Assembly (NCBI GenBank): GCA_009836005.1
Contig: VXWG01000010.1
Span: forward strand, 1,879 to 65,878
Length of the DNA stretch: 64,000 bases
From: Candidatus Palauibacter irciniicola
GTDB taxonomy: Bacteria; Gemmatimonadota; Gemmatimonadetes; Palauibacterales; Palauibacteraceae
Direction of reading: 5' to 3'
Both the position numbers and the translations under genes were made by a program. The notes beneath the pieces were generated by a model that did not search any database, was not told the DNA's origin, and saw nothing but the letters and a program-made list of their open reading frames with translations. Positions 1-9,143 of this stretch are shown here, piece after piece (position 1 is the stretch's first letter; each line of letters begins with the position of its first letter).

Positions 1-185
1 GGAAGTTCGCCGATCTCGTCATCGTGAGAGGGAATCCGCTCGAGGATGTCCGGGTCGCCCGCGACGTCTGGTTCGTCTTCGCGCGCGGACGCCTCCACTC
101 GCCCGACGAACTGCTCGCGACGGCCGAAGGCAAGATCGGCCCGGCGGATGCCTCCGAGGAATCCGCCTGGCGACCCGGCCGCTGA
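1..185 (+). CDS. Amidohydrolase-family protein, C-terminal fragment (5' truncated by window edge)
   Basis: Frame from nt 3 reads KFADLVIVRGNPLEDVRVARDVWFVFARGR...WRPGR* (TGA 183-185). ADLV-x3-NPL is the typical C-terminal motif of metal-dependent amidohydrolases. Not in the ORF track. Confidence 0.7.
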   Translation, partial: KFADLVIVRGNPLEDVRVARDVWFVFARGRLHSPDELLATAEGKIGPADASEESAWRPGR

Positions 186-275
186 GCGACGCCATTTGCG
201 GCGGACGTCTTGCTCGGACGCCTTGCCGGACCCGAGCTTGCGACACGCGATCCACCCGAGCCGAGGTCTGACACG

Positions 276-1433
276 ATGAGTGAGCGAAACGCGATTCCAC
301 GACGACAGGTTCTGATCCGGGGCGGGGCGGCGGCCGCCGGGCTTGCGGTCCTGCCGACGGACATCTTCCGCGGCTGGCTGGCCGGATTCGATCAGGAGGC
401 CGTGATCCCGTGGGTTCAGCGTCCGCACGCGGGGATGAGGGAGCGGGTCAACGTCCTGAACTGGGAGGAGGTGGACTCCTGGATCACGCCGACCGACCAG
501 ATGTTCCGCGTGGGGCACTACGGGTCCCCGGTGATCGCGGAGAGCGACTGGAATCTCGAGATCGGCGGGCTCGTCGACCGGCCGCGGACGTTCAGCCTCG
601 CCGAACTGAGAGCGCGGTCCCGCCAGGAGGTCGTGTTCACGCTGGAGTGCTCCGGGAACCGGGGCCGCCCCTCCTTCATGGGAGCGGTGCACAACGCGCG
701 CTGGGCGGGGACCCGACTCGCCGATGTCCTCGCGGAGGCCGGCGTTCAGGAGGACGGGATCGAGGTCGTCTTCTTCGGCGCGGACGAGGGCGAGGAGGAG
801 ATCCGGGGCAACACCGTGACGCAGAACTTCGCGCGCAGCATGTCGCTCGAGGACGCGATGGACCCCGGCGTCATCCTCGCGTGGGAGGTTAACGGGGAGC
901 CGCTGCCGAACGAGTACGGCTTCCCGCTGCGCGTCATCGCCCCCGGCTGGTACGGGATCGCGAACGTGAAGTGGCTGACGCGCATCGAACTCCGCGACCG
1001 CCGCTTCATGGGCAAGTTCATGGCCCGCGACTACGTGACGCTGCGGGCGGAGGAGCGCGACGGCGCGACCGTATGGACGGAGACCTCGGTGGGGCGCGCG
1101 AACATCAACTCGGTCCCCTCGAAGGTCACGAGGAACGGCGATGCGTACGCGATCCACGGGGCCGCGTGGGGCGCGGACATTGCCGCCGTCGAGGTCCGCG
1201 TCGACGACGGGCCGTGGGAGCCGGCGACGCTGGGCGAAGGCCAGGGCGACCCGCACACGTGGACGTTCTGGCGCAAGGACTGGGATGCCACGCCGGGCCA
1301 GCACGCGATCGTCTCGAGGGCGATCGACGCGGACGGCAACGTCCAGCCGGCGGCGGACGACCCGATGCTCGTGAACAAGCGGACGTACTGGGAGAGCAAC
1401 GGCCAGCTCACCCGGGACATCGTGATCGACTGA
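276..1433 (+). CDS. Tat-exported sulfite oxidase family molybdoenzyme (SorA/SoxC-like)
   Basis: Twin-arginine-like leader PRRQVL, Mo-ligand motif TLECSGNR, NARWAG, NGEPLP-x2-YGFPLR-x3-PGWYG-x3-VKWL, C-terminal Ig-like dimerisation domain. ATG 276 preferred to the ORF-track start at 210. Confidence 0.88.
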   Translation: MSERNAIPRRQVLIRGGAAAAGLAVLPTDIFRGWLAGFDQEAVIPWVQRPHAGMRERVNVLNWEEVDSWITPTDQMFRVGHYGSPVIAESDWNLEIGGLVDRPRTFSLAELRARSRQEVVFTLECSGNRGRPSFMGAVHNARWAGTRLADVLAEAGVQEDGIEVVFFGADEGEEEIRGNTVTQNFARSMSLEDAMDPGVILAWEVNGEPLPNEYGFPLRVIAPGWYGIANVKWLTRIELRDRRFMGKFMARDYVTLRAEERDGATVWTETSVGRANINSVPSKVTRNGDAYAIHGAAWGADIAAVEVRVDDGPWEPATLGEGQGDPHTWTFWRKDWDATPGQHAIVSRAIDADGNVQPAADDPMLVNKRTYWESNGQLTRDIVID

Positions 1434-1442
1434 CGGCCCCGT

Positions 1443-1465
1443 CCCCCCGCCGCGCGAGCGGGGGG
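1443..1465. terminator. GC-rich hairpin between convergent genes, possible terminator
   Basis: CCCCCCGC-7 nt-GCGGGGGG, 10 nt after the stop at 1433. No clear U-tract. Confidence 0.35.
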
Positions 1466-1495
1466 CGGCAGCTCAGCGACCGCGGCGGCGGCGGC

Positions 1496-1876
1496 TCAGC
1501 GGCCGCTGCGGGCGCCCCGGCTTAGTCGGCGCAGGAGCCACGCGTACGCCACCGCGTTCAGCGCGAGCACGGACAGGCCGAGCCAGATCTGCATCTCCCG
1601 GGTCAGCGCGCCGGGGTAGATCACCGGCAACAGGTAGTGCTCGATGAACCCCCCGGAGTAGCCCGCCTGGCCGCTCGCGATCCGCAGATCGTTCTCCAGC
1701 GGCGTGAGCGGGCAGATCCAGCCGGCGAATTCGATCAACGCCCCCCACGCGAAACACGGGATGTGCGCCCACGCCAGACGCGGCCAGCGGACCGCGGCGA
1801 AGCCGCCGGCGACGACGAAGGCGATGAAGAGGAAGTGGACGACGAGGACGAGATCCGCGAGCACCCGGTACAGCAA
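1496..1876 (-). CDS. DUF2784 family small membrane protein
   Basis: LADLVLVVHFLFIAFVV, WAHIP, ICPLTPLEN and GFIEHYLLPVIYP are characteristic of DUF2784. TTG start. Confidence 0.8.
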   Translation of the reverse strand: MLYRVLADLVLVVHFLFIAFVVAGGFAAVRWPRLAWAHIPCFAWGALIEFAGWICPLTPLENDLRIASGQAGYSGGFIEHYLLPVIYPGALTREMQIWLGLSVLALNAVAYAWLLRRLSRGARSGR

Positions 1877-1915
1877 AGCGATCCGGCGGGCGTCAGGAAC
1901 TCGGGCGGCGCCCGC

Positions 1916-3127
1916 TCATCCCACCTGCACGGGGTGCGGGAGCGGGACGTTAAGCAGGTAGCCCTTTTCGTTCATCAGCGGCTCGTCCGGCTGCGTATTC
2001 CCCGCCGCGTCCGTGGCGCGCGTGGCCAGCGTGTGCGCCCCCGGGGTCGCGTCCCACTCGAACTCGAAGCGTTGCCAGGCCAGGGGCAGCACCGGATCCA
2101 CGATCTCGGCCTCCAGCCAGGTCGCTCCCCCGTCCGGACTCCACTCGACGGCGGACACCGGCCCCGCCGGCGCGTGCGCGAACCCGTGCAGGACATGGGA
2201 TCCCGGCTCCAGCTGCGCGGGCCGCGGAAGGGCCAGCGCGCTCTTCACGACGAGTTCCGTGATCACCGGACCCTGGGCGGGCGCGTAGTCCGCTTCCGGC
2301 CACTGGTCGCCGATGAGGACGTAGGACGACGTGTTGTTCCGGTTCCACACCCGCTCGGTGGAGATCTGAATGGACCCCAGCCACTTGATGCTGCTGGACC
2401 CCGACCAGCCCGGAACGACGGATCGCGCCGGGAAACCGTGATCGGCGGGGAGCGGCTCTCCGTTCATGCGCAGCGCGATGATCGTGTCGGGATCCCGCGC
2501 CTTGGCCAGCGGCATGGCACGCTCGAAGCCGCCGTCCAGCCCCACGAGGTTCACGTCGACCGTCTCCGGCCGCACGCCGGCCAGGTCGAGCACCGTGCCG
2601 AGCGACGGACCCGACCACTCCGCGCACCCCACGGCGCCGGTCGTCCATTGGCCGCCGCTCGCGCGGGTGCCCGTGAGTTCCGGGTACAGGCCGCGCCAGT
2701 TTCCGGCGCACTCCAGGTACGCGGTAATCGTGTGCTGCGGCAGCGACTCGAGGGTGGAAAGGTCGAGCCGCAACTCGCTCTCGGCGCCGTCCCCCTCGAC
2801 TCGAAGCGAGTAGTCCGCCGGGTCGATCGTCGGGGTGGGCGAATGGTTTCGGACGAAGAACAGTTCGTTCGGCGTGATGAACCCGTCGATGAGCTCGAGC
2901 CGCGTCTCCAGGTTCGTGACGCGCTGGATGAAGGGCGACGGATCCTTCACCCACCTCGGCGGCTGCTCCTGCTCCGCCCGGGCGGCGATGGCGGCTTCGG
3001 CCTCCGCGGCTGACCCGGCGTCTCCCGCGCGGTCGCAGGCGGCGAGCCAGGCCGCGGCGGGCCCCACGCTGGCGGCACGAACGAAATCCCGCCGGGTGAG
3101 GCGATACATCTCGCTGGTCTGCTTCAT
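1916..3127 (-). CDS. Tat-lipoprotein sulfite oxidase family molybdoenzyme
   Basis: Real gene is the C-terminal part of the 944-aa ORF. ATG 3127 follows SD GGAGAGG. TRRDFV Tat motif, WLAAC lipobox, FFVRNH, YLECAGN, NGEPLPADHGFPAR, SIKWL. Confidence 0.88.
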   Translation of the reverse strand: MKQTSEMYRLTRRDFVRAASVGPAAAWLAACDRAGDAGSAAEAEAAIAARAEQEQPPRWVKDPSPFIQRVTNLETRLELIDGFITPNELFFVRNHSPTPTIDPADYSLRVEGDGAESELRLDLSTLESLPQHTITAYLECAGNWRGLYPELTGTRASGGQWTTGAVGCAEWSGPSLGTVLDLAGVRPETVDVNLVGLDGGFERAMPLAKARDPDTIIALRMNGEPLPADHGFPARSVVPGWSGSSSIKWLGSIQISTERVWNRNNTSSYVLIGDQWPEADYAPAQGPVITELVVKSALALPRPAQLEPGSHVLHGFAHAPAGPVSAVEWSPDGGATWLEAEIVDPVLPLAWQRFEFEWDATPGAHTLATRATDAAGNTQPDEPLMNEKGYLLNVPLPHPVQVG

Positions 3128-3205
3128 CGACGGCACCTCTCCACTTGGCAGGCTGCGGGCCCGCCGGACGCTTGGCAGGGCCGCGCGATAAGGCATATTA
3201 GATGT

Positions 3206-4786
3206 ATGCCACCGAGGAGAAACACACGCGCGCTCCCTGCGTTCCTGTGTGTTACGCTGGGGATGCAGTGGGCCGCATGCAATCCCGACGACGGCTCCGG
3301 CGCCGCCTTCGAGGTCGTGGAGGCGACGATCAGCGGGGTGCAGGCGGCGATCCGCGATGGGACGACGACCTGCCGCGAGGTCGTGGAGCGGCATCTCGCG
3401 CGGATCGCGGCCTACGAAGACGCGATCAACGCGATCACCGTGCTCAACCCGCTCGCGCTCGAGCGCGCGGATCGGCTCGACGCGGCGCTGGCCGCCGGCG
3501 AGACGACGGGACCGCTCTTCTGCGTCCCGATGCTGGTCAAGGACAACTTCGACACGCACGACATGGTCACGACCGGCGGGTCCATCGCGCTCGCGGACAA
3601 CCTCCCGCCCGACGACGCCTTCATGGTGCGGAAGATCCGGGAGGCCGGCGCGATCGTCCTCGCCAAGACGAACATGGCGGAATGGGCGTTCAGTCCGCGC
3701 CAGTCCGTCAGTTCCTCCTTCGACACGACGCGCAACGCTTACGCGCTCGACCGCGTCCCGGCCGGATCCAGCGGCGGAACGGCTTCGGGCGTCGCCGCCT
3801 CGTTCGGCGTCATCGGGCTGGGCAGCGACACCGGCAACTCGATTCGCGGACCCAGCTCCCACCTCGCCCTGGTCGGGATCCGTTCGACCATCGGCCTCAC
3901 GAGCCGCGACGGGGTCATCCCCCTCTCCTTCGACCGCGACATCGCGGGTCCGATGGGCCGCACCGTGGAGGATGTCGCGCGCGTGTTCAACGTCGTGGCC
4001 GGCTACGACCCCGCGGACCCGTACACGGAAGCGGGGCGCGGCCGCGAGGAAGAGGACTATACGGCCTTCCTGGACGCCGACGGGGCGCGCGGCGCGAGGA
4101 TCGGCGTCCTGCGCGCGCTGGCGGATCCCGAGGAGACCGACGGGGAGATACTCGCGCTCTTCGACGCGGCCATCGACGATCTCGCGGCGCTCGGAGCGGA
4201 GGTGATCGACCCCTTCGAGTTCGACGTCGCCGCGGAACTGGGACGCGAGGGGATGTTCTGCCGCCGCTTCCGCTATGACATGTGGGTCTACCTGCAGTCG
4301 CTGGGCCCGACGGCGCCGCTCACCGATGTCCTCGAGGTACTGGAGGACGGGCGCTACTCGGATTATGCGCAGGCGTCGCTGCGGCGGAACGAGGGGGCGC
4401 CACTCGACGTACATCCGTCCGGCTGGGACGAACCCTGCCCGGACTACGCGGAGAACGAGGGCCGGCAGGCCTACCTGGCGAGCCTCGTGGAAGCGATGGA
4501 TTCCGAACGTCTGGACGCGATCCTCTACCCATCGTGGCTCTGCGTCCCCGCCCATATCGAGAGGGGTGACGAGGAGTACTGCGGCGATAACAGCCAGCGC
4601 GTGGCCCCCGCCACCGGCATGCCCGCGATCACGGTCCCGATGGGATACGCGCGCGGCACGCTTCCGGCGGGACTGCAGATTCTCGCGCGGCCGTACGACG
4701 AGGGGGTCCTCTTTCGACTCGCGTACGGCTACGAACAGGCGACACGACACCGCCGTCCCCCGGACGGCTTCCCGGAGATCCGATGA
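3206..4786 (+). CDS. Amidase signature family enzyme (probable lipoprotein)
   Basis: VKDNFD (catalytic Lys), AGSSGGTA and GSDTGNSIRGP (Ser-cisSer-Lys triad). N-terminal WAAC lipobox-like signal. Confidence 0.9.
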   Translation: MPPRRNTRALPAFLCVTLGMQWAACNPDDGSGAAFEVVEATISGVQAAIRDGTTTCREVVERHLARIAAYEDAINAITVLNPLALERADRLDAALAAGETTGPLFCVPMLVKDNFDTHDMVTTGGSIALADNLPPDDAFMVRKIREAGAIVLAKTNMAEWAFSPRQSVSSSFDTTRNAYALDRVPAGSSGGTASGVAASFGVIGLGSDTGNSIRGPSSHLALVGIRSTIGLTSRDGVIPLSFDRDIAGPMGRTVEDVARVFNVVAGYDPADPYTEAGRGREEEDYTAFLDADGARGARIGVLRALADPEETDGEILALFDAAIDDLAALGAEVIDPFEFDVAAELGREGMFCRRFRYDMWVYLQSLGPTAPLTDVLEVLEDGRYSDYAQASLRRNEGAPLDVHPSGWDEPCPDYAENEGRQAYLASLVEAMDSERLDAILYPSWLCVPAHIERGDEEYCGDNSQRVAPATGMPAITVPMGYARGTLPAGLQILARPYDEGVLFRLAYGYEQATRHRRPPDGFPEIR

Positions 4787-4809
4787 CCATCAAGATAGAG
4801 AGAAAAGCC

Positions 4810-7800
4810 ATGTTCAGAGCCAGCCTCGTTACCGCGCTCGCGCTTGTGTGGCCGGCGGCCGCCCTCGCGCAGGACGGAGCCGTCACCGGAACCGTGACCA
4901 ACGAGCAGGGCCTCGCGATGCCCACCGTGACGGTCACGGCGACGGGGGCGCCTCTCGGCGACGAATCGCGCACCGCAACGACATCGGCGCAGGGTGTGTA
5001 CACGATCACCGGCCTCCCCGCGGGTACATATTCGCTGCGCTTCACCTTTCCCGGCTTCGTCGTGGGAGTGAGTGCAGGCGTGGTGATCCGCGCCGGCGAG
5101 CGCACGAACGTCGACATGCAGATGGCCTCCCAGAGAACCATCGCGCTGGAGGAGCTGACGGCCGTGGTGACCGGGACGCACTTTTCGGCGCCGCCGGAGA
5201 ATCTGCCGTATGCGGTCGACGTGACCGACCGCGAATCGCTGCAGGAGCAGGGCGCGCCGCAAGCAGTGGACTTCTTCAAGAAACTGGGCGCCGCGCACGG
5301 CACGATCGGCGAGCGCAACGGCTGGTACAACCAGAGCGGGACGCTCGTTCCGGAGACCGCGACCAACGTCAATCTGCGAGGCCTGGGCGCCTCGCGAACA
5401 TTGACGCTGTTGAACGGTCGCCGGCAGGTGTACACCCCGGCCAGACTTCCCGGCGGCCGGTTCGTGGACATCAACGCCTTCCCCGCCATCGCGCTCGACC
5501 GAATCGAAGTCCTGAAGGAGGGCGCCTCGGCCATTTACGGGTCCGACGCCGTGGCCGGCGTGGCCAACTTTGTGACCCGAAGAGATTTTCAGGGATTCGA
5601 GCTGTCCGCTTCGCACGACTACTTCAGCGGCGCCGGCGACACGAACATAGGCGCCATCTGGGGCACGAGTCTGGGCGAAGGAACAACCGCGGTCCTCTCG
5701 GCCGATTGGGCCATGCGCCGGCAGCTGGAAGCCGAGGAGCGCGACTGGGTGCTGCGCCCCTATCCCGGGCCGGGCGGCGGCGGCTGGTCCTACTACGGGA
5801 ACCCCGGGGCCTTTCTGCGGCCGACACTGGCCGGGACCGAGACCCCCGGCGAATTCATCAGCGCGCTGATCCGCTCCCACTACGGGGACAGCCAGGGAGA
5901 TGCCCGTCTGTTCGTGGATCCGGGCTGCGAGGGGCTGGGCGGAACGGATGCCGGCGTCACCTGCCGGTTCCGATACGGGCCGTGGGACAACCTGATCGAG
6001 AACCAGTGGCACGCCCGGGTGTTCGGCGAACTGAACAGCGAGTTGAGCGAAAACACCACGGTTCACGTCGAGGGGCTGTGGTCGGAGGCCGCCATCCCGG
6101 ACTGGTACACCACCCCCTCCTTCCCGCCTACGTCGCTATACGACGGCCTTCAGGTGGTCATGCCCGAGAATCCGGGCAGGCAGGCGTTCTGCAGCTCGAG
6201 TGCGGGCGCGGCCGGCTTTGCCTCGCAGGCGGCGTGCCTCGAGGACGACTGGTTCTTCTTCGGGCGCCTCGTGGGCAACAGCGGTCCCGGACGAACTCTG
6301 AGCCGTTCGTCGCGTACGCAGAGGATCGCGGCTTCGCTGGACCACCACATCGGCACGACGGGCGAGGTGGACGTGGCTGTCGGCTACTCTCGGGCGGCGG
6401 GCAACGTGAACCAGCCCGCGGAGTATGCCTACCGCAAATATCTGGCGTTTCGCGGCTTCGGGGGGCCGGACTGCGGAGTCGGCGTAGTCGTCGACCCCAC
6501 GTCGGCAGCCGGGATGAGCCTCGGAGCCACGGGCGGCGCCGTGGCGGGCCAGGGCAACTGCATGTTCTACAATCCGTTCAGCAATGCGATCCTTCGCGCG
6601 CAGCAGCCGGGCACGACGTACACCAACGCGGACAATCCGGGTTACGACCCCGCGGTCGCGAACTCGCCCGCGCTGATCGACTGGATCAACGAGGAGGTGG
6701 ACCTCTTCAGTACGGCCGAGCTTCTCACGGCCGAGGCTACGTTCACGAACTCGCTGACCGACGCGATCGGCTACGCGATCGGCTACCAGTTCCGCTGGTT
6801 CGATGTGACCGGCCAACCCAACGATCCGGGGAACCAGCGTCTCAATCCGTGCCAGGTGCCGGGCGACCGGAGCTGCCTCGACCAGGCGGGGCCGTTTACG
6901 TTCACGACCGGGTACTTCCCCTACGCGAGTTCCCAGACGGTCCATCGGTTCTACGGTGAGTTGCCGATAAACCTCGGCGATCGGGTGGATCTTCAGTTCG
7001 CCGCCAACTATGAGTTCCACGATGTTGCCAGCAGCTTCGACCCGAAGGCGGCCCTCGCCATCCGGTTGCTGGACTCCAACGACTATCAGCTCTCGGCACG
7101 GGCATCCCTGCAATCCACGTTCCGCGTCCCGTCCGTCGACGATGTCAACACGGACAAGATCACGGCTCTCGAGTATGTGTGGGAGACGGATGTCTACAAG
7201 GCGGTGGATACGTACGGGAGCGAGGATCTGGTGCCGGAACGGGCCACCACGGGGAACGTGGGCCTCGTCCTCTTCCATTTCCCGAGTCGTACGCAGGCGA
7301 CGTTCGACTACTGGACGTACGACTTCAAGGACATCATCAACGTCGTTCCCTATACGGCGGTCACGAGGCTCTACGACGAGGGCGGCGCCAGCCGGGAGGC
7401 CGTGAAGGAGTTCATCAGGTGTCCGGACGGTTGGGGGACGGGAACGTGCGACGCGGCTTTCATCGAACGTATTCAGATCGACCTCGTGAACTGGCCGGGC
7501 ATGAAGACATCCGGCCTGGACTGGAGTTTGTCGACGCGCCAGCCGGTGGGGAGCGCCGAGATGTCGTTCGGGATCGACGGCACCTACACGCACAAGTACG
7601 ACATCCTGGCGCTCACGCGAGGAGGCGTGGAGCTGCAGGCGGCGACCAGCGGGGCCGGGCTTCTCAACCGGAACAACCCCATCGCGTGGCCTCTGCCGCA
7701 GTGGAAGTGGACGGCTTCCGTCGGGTTCCACACGGAGCGTCTCTCGGCGGTCGGGACCTATTACTACATCTCTTCCTACGACGATCCGGACTCCGCCGAC

Positions 7801-8006
7801 GAGAACTATCGCGTGATCGATTCCTTCGGTACGCTGGACGCGACGCTCATGATGAAGGTCACCGACCAGATCGATGGTTCGTCACGGGGTTCAACCTGCT
7901 GGGAACGCCTCCGCCCCTCGTCAACTGGGAGACCTCGTACGATGGCTTCACGCACGACCCCAAGGGACGGCGGATCAAGGTTGGGGTGACGTACACGATC
8001 AACTAG
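4810..8006 (+). CDS. TonB-dependent receptor with a frameshift near the 3' end (about 7873-7877)
   Basis: Signal peptide MFRASLVTALAL..., carboxypeptidase-regulatory-like N domain, plug motifs NLRGLG-x2-RTLTLLNGRR and RIEVLKEGASAIYGSDAVAGVANF. The conserved C-terminus (GFNLLGTPPP...YD...DPKGRRIKVGVTYTIN*) lies in another frame ending at 8006. Alternative start at 4783 overlaps the amidase stop. Confidence 0.85.
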
Positions 8007-8021
8007 CCGTTGAGCGCGGGG

Positions 8022-8049
8022 CGGCCGGGGAGCGGGGGCGCCCCGGCCG
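8022..8049. terminator. GC-rich hairpin between convergent genes
   Basis: CGGCCGGGG-10 nt-CCCCGGCCG. No U-tract. Confidence 0.3.
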
Positions 8050-8069
8050 GGATGGCGGGGCCGCGCGGG

Positions 8070-9059
8070 CTACTCGCGCGCCGGATCGACGGGGCGCGCG
8101 ACCATGATGCCGTCCTGGGAATCGATGGAGAGGATCCGCTCCGCGAGGGGGCGTTCCGAGATTTCCACGGACCTGCCGACCAGGGGGGCGTGCAGGAGGT
8201 GAAGCGCCCCGTCGCGCCACACGGCGAATCCGGTGTGGGCGACGTCCAGCCCTTCGACGGTCGACGTAGCCGCAATCACGTCGCCGTTGCGGATCCGGTC
8301 GGCCACCCGCGCGATCCGGTCCTGCGGCACGTATTCCCGGCCGGGACCCTCGTCGAGCCTCGCCTCCGTGGCGGCGATCGCCCGGAGCACGCCGGGCTCG
8401 GCGAGTTGCCGATACGATTCCGGGTGCCGGGACATGAAGTTCACCGGCTCCGGATCGAGGGCGGGATCCAGGTCCCCGGTCGTGGTGCGCACGGTTCCCC
8501 GGGCTTCGTTGTCCGCGAGCCACTCCGAGAAGTAATGGAGACGGCTCGGGTATCCGTCGAGCCGGCCCCCGCGGTATCGGAGCGCCGTCAGGTGGGCTTC
8601 ATAGCCGGCCTGCGCGCCGGGGGGATCCGAAAGGGCCTCGACGCCCTGCTCCCGGACGAACCGCGTCAGGGCGAGGACGGTCTCGACGAGGGTCACGCAG
8701 TCGAGGGCGCGGAAGTTGATCACGAGGCGCTCGGGTCCGGGGACCTCGAGCGTGCCGGGCTCGTACGTCGTCCCGACGAAGGTCTCGGCGAGCTGCACGA
8801 TGGCGTCGCCCAGATCCATCTCCGCGAGCCCGCGCTCCGCGGCGAAGCGCACTTTCTCCTCGAAGATCGCCCAATCCTCCGGCGCCCACGCGGACCGGTC
8901 CGCGAGCTCGGATGCTGCCGCGCCGACGCCGGCCGTTTCGTCAACCACCGTCGAGGTGGAAGGCTGGGCCTGCGACCAGGCGAGCGCCGCAATGGCGGCG
9001 ACGGTCGCAAGGATACAGGCGACGACCTTCGCCAGCGTGAAGACGTTGCGCCATCTCAT
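8070..9059 (-). CDS. DUF1460 / NlpC-P60-like N-acetylmuramoyl-L-alanine amidase, exported
   Basis: FVGTTY-x2-GTL...ERLVINFRALDCVTLVE (catalytic Cys), RLHYFSEW, GLDVAHTG, LHA. N-terminal signal sequence. Confidence 0.85.
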   Translation of the reverse strand: MRWRNVFTLAKVVACILATVAAIAALAWSQAQPSTSTVVDETAGVGAAASELADRSAWAPEDWAIFEEKVRFAAERGLAEMDLGDAIVQLAETFVGTTYEPGTLEVPGPERLVINFRALDCVTLVETVLALTRFVREQGVEALSDPPGAQAGYEAHLTALRYRGGRLDGYPSRLHYFSEWLADNEARGTVRTTTGDLDPALDPEPVNFMSRHPESYRQLAEPGVLRAIAATEARLDEGPGREYVPQDRIARVADRIRNGDVIAATSTVEGLDVAHTGFAVWRDGALHLLHAPLVGRSVEISERPLAERILSIDSQDGIMVARPVDPARE

Positions 9060-9143
9060 GCGTCTACTATATGCGTCCCCGGGGAAGGTCGGCTATCTTG
9101 GCGGCTTCCACACTGAAGTCCACTCCCTCTCCGAGAGCTATCG

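Noticed and set aside
3144-3182. Sigma54 promoter (TTGGCA motifs)
   Set aside because: Lacks the TTGC -12 element, and the GG-N10-GC spacing is easily met by chance in GC-rich DNA.
3128-4750. Apparent 540-aa N-terminal extension of the second sulfite oxidase (944-aa ORF)
   Set aside because: It is the antisense of the amidase. The Tat signal and SD place the start at 3127.
7861-7890. Programmed ribosomal frameshift in the TonB receptor
   Set aside because: No slippery heptamer or homopolymer at the shift. A simple indel is more likely.
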